DNA of 64,000 nucleotides, taken from assembly GCA_963730185.1 (NCBI GenBank), contig CAVSQW010000017.1, forward strand, positions 32,001-96,000, read 5' to 3'. Positions 14,133 through 24,461 of the stretch are shown in pieces. The notes beneath the pieces were generated by a model, which worked only from the letters and a program-made list of their open reading frames with translations, had not been told where the DNA came from and did not search any database. This stretch comes from an uncultured Gemmatimonadales bacterium (GTDB lineage Bacteria > Gemmatimonadota > Gemmatimonadetes > Gemmatimonadales > GWC2-71-9). The stretch's first letter is position 1, and the number at the start of each line of letters is the position of its first letter. The translations under genes were made by a program, and so were the position numbers.

Positions 14133-15187
14133 GCGGGCGATTCCGGGAGGGGTGCCAACGTCACCGGGCCGCCGGTCCGCGACGACTCGTAGACGGCGTG
14201 CGCCACCTCGACCGACCGCACGCCGGCCTCGCCGTCGGCGAGGGTCAGGCCCCGCTCGCCCGCGGCCATCCGCTGGAAGTCACGGAGCTCGGCCTCGAAC
14301 GAGAGGAGCGCCGTGGAGGTCCAGGTCTTGAGTTTTTCGCGAATGATGATCTCGGGATAGAACCGCATCTTCCGCTTGCGACGACCGCCGGGGCGGTCGG
14401 AGGTGACCAGAAGGTTGAACATCGGCGCGTAGTAGCCCCGGACCATGCCGGTCTCGCCGTAGACGTCGACGTAGAAGCCGTAGCCTCGCCACTCGGTCCA
14501 GCAGGCCTGGTAGAACACCGGGAGCCCGGCCGCCGTCTTGAAGATCGCCATGGCGTTGTCCTCCGACCCGGGCACCTTCCAGATCCGGTTGGAGACCACG
14601 CCGCACACCTCCTGGATGTCGCCGAGGAGGTAGCGGACCAAGTCGGTCATGTGGATCCCGACGTCCATCATCGCCCCGCCGCCGGAGGCGGGCGCCTTGT
14701 ACTGCCAGTCGGCCTTGAAGTTGGCCAGGCCGTCGTGGCCGCCGAAGATCCGGACGTGGTCCAAGGCGCCGATCCGCCCGCTCGCGATGGTTTCTTTGAC
14801 GAACTGGATCGCGGGGTAGTAGCGATGATTGAAGCCGACCGCCAGGACGCGATCGGCCGACCGCGCCGCCGCCAACATCCGGCGAGCGCTCTCGACGCTG
14901 CTCCCGAGGGGCTTTTCGCAAAGGACGTGGAGCCCCCGCTGATAGGCGCCCAACACGGCCTCTTCGTGGTTGGGAAGGGGCGACGAGACGATCACCGCGT
15001 CCAGATCGTCGCGGCTCAGGAGCTCGCTCGTGCTGGTCAGGGCGACGGCGCCGGTGCCGGCGACGGCCCGCTCGGCCGAGGCCGACACCGGATCGACGAC
15101 GGCGACCAGGGTCGCGGCCGGGTTCTTGGTGACGCTTTGGGCGCGCAGCTGGCCGATCGCGCCGGCGCCGATCACTCCGATTCGCAT
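14129..15187 (-). CDS. Gfo/Idh/MocA family NAD(P)-dependent oxidoreductase
   Basis: [37 protein letters not shown]. Confidence 0.92.
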   Translation of the reverse strand: MRIGVIGAGAIGQLRAQSVTKNPAATLVAVVDPVSASAERAVAGTGAVALTSTSELLSRDDLDAVIVSSPLPNHEEAVLGAYQRGLHVLCEKPLGSSVESARRMLAAARSADRVLAVGFNHRYYPAIQFVKETIASGRIGALDHVRIFGGHDGLANFKADWQYKAPASGGGAMMDVGIHMTDLVRYLLGDIQEVCGVVSNRIWKVPGSEDNAMAIFKTAAGLPVFYQACWTEWRGYGFYVDVYGETGMVRGYYAPMFNLLVTSDRPGGRRKRKMRFYPEIIIREKLKTWTSTALLSFEAELRDFQRMAAGERGLTLADGEAGVRSVEVAHAVYESSRTGGPVTLAPLPESPA

Positions 15188-16617
15188 CAATCCTCCACGA
15201 CGTGACTTTCGAACAGCCGACGGTAGTCGGCCCAGCGAGCCTGGTCGAACGAGCCCGACTCGAGGCACTCGGCGGCGGCGTAGGCCATCGCGAGGGCATG
15301 GTGGGTGTTGTCATGGGCGAAGAGCCCCTGGCGCCCGTAGGTGAGCAGCCCGGGGATGTTCTCCGCCCAGCGATCCAGCGTCCCGAACACCGTCTCGTAC
15401 CCGTTGGTGTAGATCGGGTAGGCGTGCGGCAGTCGGCGCACTCGGACCGCCGTGGCCGGCACCGGGAGCGGAATGCCGGACCGGGCCAGATCGGCGGCGA
15501 CCAGGGCCCCCAGTCCGGCCTCGTCGAGCGCCCAGGCGTCGTCGCCGGGCGAGGCGGGGAGCTCGGCGCAGAGCACGGTCCGGCCGGCCGGCTCCGCCAG
15601 CGCGGCGTAGTTCTTGGGCTCTGAGAGCCGGGTGATCCGGACGTCGGCGCTGGGGAAGTAGTGCGCGTCGTACTCCGTGAACCGGGCGACGGGGAGATCG
15701 AGATAGACGAGGAGCATGCCTCGATACTCGATCGAGCCGGCCGCGGCGGCGACGTCGGCCGGGACGGAGTCGAACAGCCGGGTCAGGATCGTGAGCGGGA
15801 GGGTCGACCAGACGTGGTCGACCGTCTTCGGTGCTGCGGGTCCCTTCGGTCTCGGACTCGACCGTCCAGCGGTCGCCGTCGGGCGCCAGCCGGACCACTC
15901 GGCTCTGGTAACGGATCTCGGCGCCCGCCTGGACCGCTTCGGTCGGCGTAGGCCTCGCTGATCTGTCCGAAGCCCCGGCGAGGATAGAAGAACCGTCCGG
16001 CGCCGGGCGGCTTGAGGCCGGGGACCTGGGCCAGCACCTCGGCGGACCAGCTTGCGACACCGAGCCGGCCGAAACGCGGCGCCGGGCCTGGATCGCCGAG
16101 AGCGCCTCCGGCGGCTCTGGCCCCAGATCTTGGCCGCGTACGGAAAGTAGAACTGATCGCAGATCGTCGGACCGAGGCTGGCCCGCAGCACCGCGGCGAA
16201 CGTGTCCTCGCGCCGGGCCGGCGCGGAACGCGCTTGCAGAGGATGTCTCGGAGCGCGCCCGGCGGCGAAGCCGGGATCGAGCCGGAGCAGCAGGTCCACG
16301 GGCTTGAGCGGGAAGTGGATCCATCGACCCCGGAGTCGGATCCGGCCGTGTCGGGGACGGTCGAGCAGGTCCGTCTCCGAGAGAGCGCCGGATGTCCGCC
16401 AGGATCGCCGGGGTCGCACGAGGGGTGGAGCCGGTGGCTCCCGAAGTCCAGCCGTGAGCCGCCTCGAGATCGAAGCTCCCGGCGTTGCCGCCGGCCACCG
16501 TCTGCTGCTCGTAGACCGTGACCGAGGCCCGGTGCCGGCCCGGCGAAGCCGATAGGCGGCCCCGACCCCGGCCGGTCCGGCGCCGAGGATCGCGACCCGG
16601 GGACGGGACTCGCTCAT
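15187..16617 (-). CDS. FAD-dependent oxidoreductase (UDP-galactopyranose mutase/protoporphyrinogen oxidase-like); several frameshifts
   Basis: [66 protein letters not shown]. Confidence 0.8.
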   Translation of the reverse strand: MSESRPRVAILGAGPAGVGAAYRLRRAGTGPRSRSTSSRRWPAATPGASISRRLTAGLREPPAPPLVRPRRSWRTSGALSETDLLDRPRHGRIRLRGRWIHFPLKPVDLLLRLDPGFAAGRAPRHPLQARSAPARREDTFAAVLRASLGPTICDQFYFPYAAKIWGQSRRRRSRRSRPGAAFRPARCRKLVRRGAGPGPRPQAARRRTVLLSSPGLRTDQRGLRRPKRSRRAPRSVTRAEWSGWRPTATAGRSSPRPKGPAAPKTVDHVWSTLPLTILTRLFDSVPADVAAAAGSIEYRGMLLVYLDLPVARFTEYDAHYFPSADVRITRLSEPKNYAALAEPAGRTVLCAELPASPGDDAWALDEAGLGALVAADLARSGIPLPVPATAVRVRRLPHAYPIYTNGYETVFGTLDRWAENIPGLLTYGRQGLFAHDNTHHALAMAYAAAECLESGSFDQARWADYRRLFESHVVED

Positions 16618-17586
16618 TTGGCCAGGGTGGCGGCAGGGTGAGAGGCGATGGCCGCGGCCACCCGGGCCTGACGGATCCGGCCGAGGACCAGCCACACGAG
16701 ACCGCCGGTCAGCCCGCCGATGATCAGGACCGACTGCCAGAGCAGCGAGCAGACGACGCTTCGCGCCGCCGGGACGCCGAACGGCAGCAGGAGCCCCGCG
16801 AGGCTGGCTTCCCGGACGGCGAGCCCGCCCGAGGCTGATCGGCAGCAGGCTGGTGATCTTGGCCAGCGGCCAGACCAGGAACCAGGCGGCGAGGCGTGCA
16901 CGTCGATCCCGACCGCCCGCCCAGCGAGGGCGTTGAGGAGCACGAAGCCGCCCTGGATGATCAGCGACAGGGTCAGACCGCGGAGGGCCACCGCCGGGTT
17001 GCGCCGGAGCTGGCGCAGGGCCACGAGCGCCCGGCCCACCGGCCGGCGGAACCGGCGCCGGCCAGCGGGCCAGCGGGCGCCGGATGGCGAGCGGTGCGCC
17101 GAGGCCTGCGACCACCAGGCCGAGGATGATTGCCGTGCCGACGACGCGGGCCCCCCAGCCCGGCAGGTGGCTCCGGGCCAGGACGCCGCCCACCGTGGCC
17201 AGCGCGGTGAGCGCCATCATGTCGGTGACCCGGTCCATGATCCCGCCGAACAGGGCGGCCTCCGGCCGGCGGGTGAAGCGGCCGGCCAGTCCCAGGCGGA
17301 GCACGTCGCCGCCGACGATGCTCGGGAGGCACAGGTTGGCGAAGAGGCCGGCGCTGTAGCAGATCACCGCGTCGACCCGGCGGAGGGCTGCCCGCCCCGC
17401 GTTCACGAACCCGCGCCACTTGATTACCCCGAGCGTGTGGCCGGCGAGGAAGCCCGCCAACACCCCCGCCCACAAGAGCGGCGGCAGGCGGCCCAGCGCC
17501 TCGCGGACCTGATCCCAGGGAAGGATCAGGAAGACGATCGTCAGCAGGGTCGCGCTGACGGCGACCTTGAGCACCAGCTTCATCAT
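16614..17586 (-). CDS. Lysylphosphatidylglycerol synthase TM-domain protein (UPF0104, putative lipid-linked sugar flippase); frameshifted
   Basis: KWR, GLFANLCLPSIVGGDVLR, MDR, LLPISLGGLAVRE motifs; multi-TM. Confidence 0.8.
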
Positions 17587-18473
17587 TTCGACGCCATCCG
17601 GGCGTTCTGGTCCGCCAGGAGCCCGACCGCCCAGACGATCAGGGCGCCGAGCAACCCGAGCACCGCGCTCTCGGACAGATTGTCGCGGGTGATGTCGTAG
17701 CCGAACTTGGCCAGGCCCGCGGTCGCCAGCACCACCCCGAGCGGGATGAAGACCTTGAGCGGGTTGAAGTAGACGATGACCCGGAGCACCAACAGGGTAA
17801 AGTCGTAGGCATGGCGCGGGCGGATCTTCGATTCGCCGAGCCGAGCCTGGTAGTCGATCGGGACGTACTCCACCGCGTGGCCGTTGCAGATCGAGGCCAA
17901 GGTGATCGTGGTGGTGAAGGAGAAGCCGTTCGGCAGCAGATGGACGTAGCGTTCCACCAGGTCCTTCCGCATGACCCGGAGGCCGGAGTTGAGGTCTGGG
18001 ATCCGGACCCCGCTCAGGTAGCTGGCCAGCCCGCGAATGAACGCCTTGGCCGGCCGGCGGATCAGGGGGATCCGTACCGTGCTCCCGGTCCGCGCTCCCA
18101 CCACCATCGCGTTCCGCTCGGCCGCCTCCAGCAGCGCCGGGATGGCTTCCACCGGATAGGTGCCGTCGGCGTCGGTGATCAGGACGTAGTCGTATTGCGC
18201 CCGGCGGATGCCCAGCTTCAGCGCGGCGCCGTACCCGCGATTGTGCGGTCGCCGGAGCACCCGGGCGCCGGTGGAGTCGGCCTGGGTCGCCGTGTCGTCG
18301 GTCGAGCCGTCGTCCACCACCAGGATCTCGAAGCGCCACCCGCTCCGCTGGAGCACGGCCTCCACGTCGCGGATCTGCTGCGCCACGTGCGGACCCTCGT
18401 TGAAGGCCGGCACCACCACGGAGATCGCGCGCTCCAGGTGTTTGGCCTCGTCGTCGATGACCGTTTCGATCAC
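17583..18473 (-). CDS. GT2, polyprenol-phosphate glycosyltransferase with two C-terminal TM helices
   Basis: SVVVPAFNE, VVDDGSTDDT, NRGYGAAL, TDADGTYP, DLNSGLR, GFSFTTTIT. Confidence 0.88.
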   Translation of the reverse strand: MIETVIDDEAKHLERAISVVVPAFNEGPHVAQQIRDVEAVLQRSGWRFEILVVDDGSTDDTATQADSTGARVLRRPHNRGYGAALKLGIRRAQYDYVLITDADGTYPVEAIPALLEAAERNAMVVGARTGSTVRIPLIRRPAKAFIRGLASYLSGVRIPDLNSGLRVMRKDLVERYVHLLPNGFSFTTTITLASICNGHAVEYVPIDYQARLGESKIRPRHAYDFTLLVLRVIVYFNPLKVFIPLGVVLATAGLAKFGYDITRDNLSESAVLGLLGALIVWAVGLLADQNARMASK

Positions 18474-18481
18474 GGCTGGCC

Positions 18482-20146
18482 TCAGCTGGCGGGTTGGGGG
18501 CGACGGGTGACCATCACGACCACGGCACCGCCACCGACGGTGCCTGGATAGACCGCGGCGGTATCGTACCGGCTGGCCAGGCGGTCCCAGATGCCGGGTT
18601 GCACCGCCGCCAGCCGAACCGGGAACGTGTACAGGAGCCAGGTCCGGGGGTGGCCACGCTCGATCGCTTCGAGGCTGTCGAGGCTCGTCACCGCGGGCCA
18701 AGGTCGCCGGAAGTAGCGCTCGTACGGGTAGCTCGTCAGATCGACGGTCACGACGGCGTCCGCCCCGTCGCTGGTCCGATCGACGAACTGAGCGGCGCCA
18801 GCGAAATCCTGCTTGGGTTGCCACGCCCTCGGGACCGTGAGCGCGCTGGCGACGAGGAGGACCGCCGCCCCGACCAGGGCCAGGCGCGGGCCGCGGTCAC
18901 GGAACAAGCCACGACAGATCGCGAAGCCACCCCGGACCGCGATCAGGACGGCGAATCCGGCGCTGAAGAAGAAGAAGCGGGGCCAGAGGTTGTGCCCCAT
19001 CCCGACGACGACCGCCGCCGTGACCAGCCCCGGCACGACCACCAGCGCCGTGAGCGGTCGGTCCCGGCGCCAGCAGCTCCCCACCCCGATCAACACGACC
19101 GCCAGCCCCCCCAGCAGCACCACCGGCCCGCCCGGCAGCCCCCGGCCCAGACCCCGAATGGTCTCGGCCACGAGCCAGGCCGGGCTCTGCCAGGGCGTCG
19201 CCGCGACGGAGGGTGCCGGGACCACCATGGTCCGGACCATCTGGGGCAACACCGGGGCATAGAGGCAAAGACTGATCAGCCCGGCCAGGGCAATCCCGGC
19301 CACCGGCCGGAGGAGGACGCCCGCCCGGCGGTCCGGACCGCGGAGCCAGAATCCGGCGACCACCAGGGCGTGGGCGACGGCCACCAGCGCCGCGGTCATG
19401 TGGGTGTAGGACGCCAGGGCCATCGCCACGGCGTACCCGGCCACCGCCCGCCACCCGGCGGTCGCATCGGTGAGCAGGCGGTGCATGGCGGCCGTGGCCA
19501 GCAGGGTGAAGAACAGAAGACCGGTATAGCCGCGGGCGTTCTGGGAGAACCAGACGTGGTGGTAGGACACGGCCAGCAGGGCCGCCCCCACCAGCGTCTC
19601 GTCCCGCCCCACGAACCGCCGCGCGAAGGCGACGTACGCCCAGATGCTGGCGACGCCGAAGAGCAGGGCGGGCAGCCGCAGCGTTGCGGCGCTCTCGCCG
19701 AACAGGGCCACGGCGCCGCGGGCCAGGATCGAGTAGAGCAGGTGCTGGTTCTGGCTGTCGAAGGTCGTGACGATCACGCCCGCGGGTTGGCGAACGTAGG
19801 ACACCAGGGTGTCGATCTCGTCGTACCAGAGACCGCGGTCGAGCCCGGGAATCCGGAGGGCTACGGCGGCCACCAGGAGCAGGCCGACGACCCAGACCGG
19901 GATCGGCGCCGGCTCCCGCGACGGAGCCGCGGCCAGGGCCGGCCGCCCCGCCAGGTCGACCCGACCGGCCAGCAGCCAGACCAGGGCCAGCGCCACCAGC
20001 GCCACCCGAAGCAGCAGCATCCCTAGCCGTACCGGATCGCCTCCGCCGGGATGGAGCCAGTCGGCGACCCGGACCGAGGGCAGCACGAGCCCGAGGGCCA
20101 GGAGCAGGAGCGGACCCACCGCCTGGGACCGGGTCCAGCGAGTCAT
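18482..20146 (-). CDS. GT-C glycosyltransferase (PMT/GT39-ArnT-like)
   Basis: GLWYDE acidic motif after a TM, HLLYSIL, LRLPALLFG, SQNARGY; about 12 TM plus soluble C-terminal domain. Confidence 0.82.
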   Translation of the reverse strand: MTRWTRSQAVGPLLLLALGLVLPSVRVADWLHPGGGDPVRLGMLLLRVALVALALVWLLAGRVDLAGRPALAAAPSREPAPIPVWVVGLLLVAAVALRIPGLDRGLWYDEIDTLVSYVRQPAGVIVTTFDSQNQHLLYSILARGAVALFGESAATLRLPALLFGVASIWAYVAFARRFVGRDETLVGAALLAVSYHHVWFSQNARGYTGLLFFTLLATAAMHRLLTDATAGWRAVAGYAVAMALASYTHMTAALVAVAHALVVAGFWLRGPDRRAGVLLRPVAGIALAGLISLCLYAPVLPQMVRTMVVPAPSVAATPWQSPAWLVAETIRGLGRGLPGGPVVLLGGLAVVLIGVGSCWRRDRPLTALVVVPGLVTAAVVVGMGHNLWPRFFFFSAGFAVLIAVRGGFAICRGLFRDRGPRLALVGAAVLLVASALTVPRAWQPKQDFAGAAQFVDRTSDGADAVVTVDLTSYPYERYFRRPWPAVTSLDSLEAIERGHPRTWLLYTFPVRLAAVQPGIWDRLASRYDTAAVYPGTVGGGAVVVMVTRRPQPAS

Positions 20147-20182
20147 CGGTGACGCCTAGAGGGAAGCATTGGGCGCCCATTT

Positions 20183-20198
20183 GGCAATGTTTGTTCCA
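20183..20198 (-). promoter_or_regulatory. Putative sigma54 promoter of the GT-C/GT2/flippase/oxidoreductase operon
   Basis: Minus strand TGGAACAAACATTGCC (GG-N10-GC); TGTGG-cgaccgcg-CAACA at 20280-20297 lies upstream. Confidence 0.5.
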
Positions 20199-20402
20199 CT
20201 CGCGCAACAACGACCAGCTCCATCCCGGACGATCGGAGCCGGCGTCGATTGGCGATAAGATCAGGGAAGGTGGTCTATCTGTGGCGACCGCGCAACAATA
20301 CCGAATGTCCCGGAGGTTGCCCGATGCACGCGCGCATCGCCCGGTGTGGCGCCGACCCCAGCAGTGGGGTCGGCGCCGCGGTTCGGGTGGGCTAGCCGGG
20401 CT

Positions 20403-21389
20403 TCAGCTTTGGCGCCGGCTCTCGAACCAGGCGCGATACCAGGCGATGGCTTCGTCGAGGCCCTGCTCGAGGGTGAACGCCGGCTCCCACCCCATGCCGG
20501 TCCGGGCCTTGGTGCAGTCGAGGAACTGGCGGGGGATTTCGTGGGTGGCCTCGCCGAGGACGGTGGGCTCGAAGTGCTGGGCGCCCATCCGGCCGAGAAT
20601 CAGGTGGACCAGCTCGAGCACCGAGACAGGCGTTTCGGTGCCGAAGTTGAAGGCCTGGCCCAGAAAGGCGTCCTCGTCCATTCGCTCGGCCAGCGCGAGG
20701 TAGGCGTTGACCGCGTCGCGCACGAAGAAATAGTCGCGGACGAAGGTCCCGTCGCTTCGCACGACCGGGGTCCGGTCGTGCAGCACCGAACGGATGGTGC
20801 CGGGGACCAGGCGGTTGAAATTGAGGTCGCCCCCGCCGAAGAGGTTGCCGCACCGGGTGACCGCGACCGGCAGCCGGTAGGTGTGCCAGTAGGACAGGGT
20901 GATCAGGTCGGTGCACGACTTGGAGACGTCGTAAGGATACCGGCCCTGGAGCGGCGCGTCCTCGGTGTACGGCAGCTCGGCGTGCTCGCCGTAGGCCTTG
21001 TCGCTCGACGCGACCACGACCCGCTTGACCAGCTTCGGGTTGCCGCGGCAGGCCTCGAGCACGTTCCAGGTTCCCCGGATGTTCGACTCGAAGGTCGAGA
21101 TCGGTGACCGCGACGCGGTGCCGACGATGGTCTGGGCGCCGAGATGCATCACCGTCTCGATCTCGTACTCGTTCATGGCCCGGAGGAGGAGGTCGCGGTC
21201 TTCCACCTCGCCCCGGACCACGTTGACCCGGTTCAGGAGGTCGCTCCCCAGCAACGGGCTTGCCGGTACCCAGTCGCGGACCAGGCAGACCACCGAGGCG
21301 CCCCGCCGGACCAGCTCCTCGACCATGTGGGACCCGAGGAGGCCGCTCGCCCCGGTGACGAAGACGTTGCGATCGTTCCAGAAGGTCAT
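20403..21389 (-). CDS. rfbG: NDP-sugar 4,6-dehydratase (CDP-glucose 4,6-dehydratase-like)
   Basis: [51 protein letters not shown]; directly downstream of rfbF. Confidence 0.75.
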   Translation of the reverse strand: MTFWNDRNVFVTGASGLLGSHMVEELVRRGASVVCLVRDWVPASPLLGSDLLNRVNVVRGEVEDRDLLLRAMNEYEIETVMHLGAQTIVGTASRSPISTFESNIRGTWNVLEACRGNPKLVKRVVVASSDKAYGEHAELPYTEDAPLQGRYPYDVSKSCTDLITLSYWHTYRLPVAVTRCGNLFGGGDLNFNRLVPGTIRSVLHDRTPVVRSDGTFVRDYFFVRDAVNAYLALAERMDEDAFLGQAFNFGTETPVSVLELVHLILGRMGAQHFEPTVLGEATHEIPRQFLDCTKARTGMGWEPAFTLEQGLDEAIAWYRAWFESRRQS

Positions 21390-22163
21390 GACCAGGTCTT
21401 CCAGGGTGCGGTGCCGCCGTTCCAGAGGGCCTCGAGCAGGAGCTTTTCCCGCAGGGTGTCCATCGGTTGCCAGAACCCGTCGTGTTTGAAGGCCATGAGC
21501 TGGCCGGCCGCCGCGATCCGCTCCAGCGGCTCGCGTTCCAGGATCGACGCGTCGTCGGTGAGATAGTCGAGCACGCCGCGCTCGAAGACGAAGAAGCCGC
21601 CGTTGATCCAGCCTTCGCCGGTCTGGGGCTTCTCGCTGAATTCGTGGACCGCGCCCGTGGGATCGAGCATCAGGCCGCCGAAGCGGGAGGGCGGACGCAC
21701 CGCGGTGACGGTCGCCAGGCGGCCGTGGGCGCGATGGAAGCGGAGCAAGGCATCGACGTCGACGTTGCCCACGCCGTCGCCGTAGGTCACCATGAAGGTG
21801 GAGCCCTCGATCAGCGATCCGAGCCGCCGGATCCGGCCGCCCGTCATCGTCTCGAGGCCCGGTGTCCACCACGGATACCCGCCAGTCGAGCCGGGCCGAC
21901 CGGTTCAGGAACTCCACCTTGCCGGTCGCGAAGTCGATCGCGTAGTCGTTCTCGTGGAGGATGAAGTTGTGGAAGTACTCCTTGATCACCTCTCCCCGGT
22001 AGCCACAGGCGAGCAGGAAGTCCTTGTGCCCGTGGGCGGCGTAGATGCTCATGATGTGCCAGAGAATCGGCCGGCCCCCGATCTCCACCATCGGCTTGGG
22101 CCGCGCGGTCGTCTCTTCGGCGAGGCGGGTGCCCTTGCCGCCGGCGAGGATGATCACCTGCAT
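21386..22163 (-). CDS. rfbF: Glucose-1-phosphate cytidylyltransferase; frameshift near 21857
   Basis: [64 protein letters not shown]. Confidence 0.92.
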
Positions 22164-22165
22164 GC

Positions 22166-23461
22166 TCAGACCACCGTGGGTTCGGGGAGAGGCAGAATGA
22201 AGCGGCCGCCCGCCTCGCGATAGGCCGTTTCCTGGCCAATGATCTCCTCCGCGAAGTTCCAGGCCAGCAACAGCACATAGTCCGGGCGTCGCTCGGCCAG
22301 GGCGCTGGTGGGGAGCACCGGGAGATGCATGCCGGGCGTGTAGAGACCGACCTTGAGCGGGCTCTTGTCGACCGTGTAGGGAATCAGGTCGGTCCCGATC
22401 CGGCAGTAGTTGAGCAGCGTGTTGCCCTTGGCGGGGGCGCCGTAGGCGGCCAGCGTGCGGCCCTCGTCGCGGAGCCGGCCGAGGAGCGCCAGCAGCCGTT
22501 CCCGCGTGGCCCGGACGTCGCGAGCGAACCGGTCGTAGCGCGCCGGATCGGTGAAGCCCTCTTGCCGCTCCCGCTCGGCCAGGGCACGGACGGCCGGCGC
22601 ATGGCTCCGGTAGGCCTCCCGTCGCCCGGCGTAGACCCGGATCGAGCCGCCGTGGACCGGCACCCGGTCGACCCGGGTCACGACCAGGCCGGCCCGTTCG
22701 GCGATGGCGAGGAGCGCCGAGATCGAGAAGTAGCAGAGGTGCTCGTGGTACACCGTGTCGTATTCGAGCCGCTCGAGGAACTCGCCCAGGTAGGGCACTT
22801 CCACGATCACCAGGCCGTCGTCGGCCAGGAGGTCGCGCGCGCCCTGGAGGAACCCGGCGGTGTCGTCGACGTGAGCGAGCACGTTGTTCCCGATCACCGC
22901 CCGGGCGGGCCCGGCATGGGCCCGGACCCGTGCCCCCGCGGCCGCGTCGAAGAAACCAGTCCAGGGTCTCGATCCCGTCCCGGCGGGCGAGGGCCGCGAT
23001 GTTCAGGGCCGGCTCCACCCCGAGGGTGCGGACGCCCGCCGCTCGGAACTGCTTGAGCAGGGTACCGTCGTTGCTGGCCACCTCCACCACCAGGTCGTCC
23101 GGCCCGAGCGACAGCAGCTCGACGACGGTGCGGGCGTAGCCGGCAAAGTGCTCGGCGATCGTCCGGGAGGTGCCGGTGACGTAGATGTAGTCCGCGGAAA
23201 AGCACCGCCGGATCGATGACGTCCAGCAGCTGCACCAGCGAGCAGGTCGGACAGACGTAGAGGTCCATCGGATACGACGCCTCTCGCCGCGAATTGGCTC
23301 GGCTCGCGGAGGAAGGCGTTGGCCAGCGGGGACGGACCGAGCTCCAGGAACCGGTGCAGGGCGGTGCCGCCACATCCGCGGCAGTCCGTGCGTCGGTGGT
23401 GCACCGGTCGGATGGCCGGCGCGGCGTCGGTGTGGCCGGGAGGTGGCGTCGATGGGGTCAT
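22166..23461 (-). CDS. NDP-sugar C-methyltransferase (Zn-binding, class I SAM, C-terminal Methyltransf_14 domain); frameshifts
   Basis: [69 protein letters not shown]. Confidence 0.88.
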
Positions 23462-24237
23462 GTGCCGGGGACCTCTTGTTCGACCGGGGTCGACGGGAGC
23501 CGGTGGCCCGGCTTCCAGGCGCCCCGAATCCGGGCGGCGAGCAGGTGATGGAAGAACTCCCAGCAGGTCGCCGCCCTCACGTGAGACAGCCCGGTGCTCC
23601 GCATCCGGGCGAAGACATTGAGCTCGATGACCCGGAGCCCGAGCTCGTGGGCTTTCACCATGATCTCCGGGTCCAGCAGCCAGCCGGTCGAGCCGAGCTG
23701 CATCGCCTCCAGCGCCTCCCGGGAAAAGAGCTTGGGGCTGCCGTTGATGTCGATCGACCCGAGCCGGGGCCAGAGCATCCGGACGAAGAAGTTGTAGAAG
23801 CTGGAGACGACCTTCCGCGCGACACCGTCCATCCGAAATCGCCGCCGGACCTTGCCGAGGGCGCGGCCCTGGGTCGGCCGCACCGCTTCGAAGAGGCGAA
23901 CGACGTCCTCCGCGTCGACCTGGCCGTCGGCGACGATGCTGCCCACCCACGGGGCCGTGCAGGCGCCGAATCCGACCAGAATCCCATGGCCATACCCCTG
24001 GTTCACTGGCACCGTGATCGGGACCACCTCCGGAAACTCCGCGGCCAGGTCCGCGAGCCGGTCACCGGTGGCGTCGGTCGAGCCGTTGTCGACCGCGATC
24101 AGCTCGAGCCGGTGGCCCTTTCCCCGAAAAGCCCTAACCAGGTCGGGAATCGTGTACCCGACCGCGTCCTGCTCGTTGTAGCAGGGCATGACCAACGAGA
24201 GCTCGGGCGCCGAGGCCGTGCCCGCGGGCTGGGTCAT
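23458..24237 (-). CDS. GT2, polyprenol-phosphate glycosyltransferase (DPM1-like)
   Basis: [40 protein letters not shown]. Confidence 0.88.
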   Translation of the reverse strand: MTQPAGTASAPELSLVMPCYNEQDAVGYTIPDLVRAFRGKGHRLELIAVDNGSTDATGDRLADLAAEFPEVVPITVPVNQGYGHGILVGFGACTAPWVGSIVADGQVDAEDVVRLFEAVRPTQGRALGKVRRRFRMDGVARKVVSSFYNFFVRMLWPRLGSIDINGSPKLFSREALEAMQLGSTGWLLDPEIMVKAHELGLRVIELNVFARMRSTGLSHVRAATCWEFFHHLLAARIRGAWKPGHRLPSTPVEQEVPGT

Positions 24238-24461
24238 CTCTCTGGTCTCCCGTGGCGGTTGACGGCGCGCGCCGGCCGGGGCGTGGGCCCCTGCCTGGCG
24301 ATGAGCGAATTCCGCGGAGGTGCGGTGCTGGCCGATCCGGAAGCAAGATCTGTGCATCCGGGCCTCGACCGGAAGCCCGCCGGAGCCTCGTCCCCTGGTC
24401 GGCGCTCGGCTCCGGGCGGGACGCGGTCTGGGTTATGCCGTCGTAAAGTGTTGCCAATACC

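Noticed and set aside
15187..18339. 1050-aa ORF appearing to fuse flippase and FAD oxidoreductase
   Set aside because: Chance read-through across frameshifts; separate ATGA-coupled starts exist at 17586 and 16617
20403..23375. 990-aa ORF joining methyltransferase, rfbF and rfbG
   Set aside because: Mosaic of real and off-frame segments caused by indels; each gene has its own start and stop
24342..24357. Sigma54-like box ATGCACAGATCTTGCT upstream of a GT2
   Set aside because: Lacks the conserved GG at -24 despite good position; not listed as a feature
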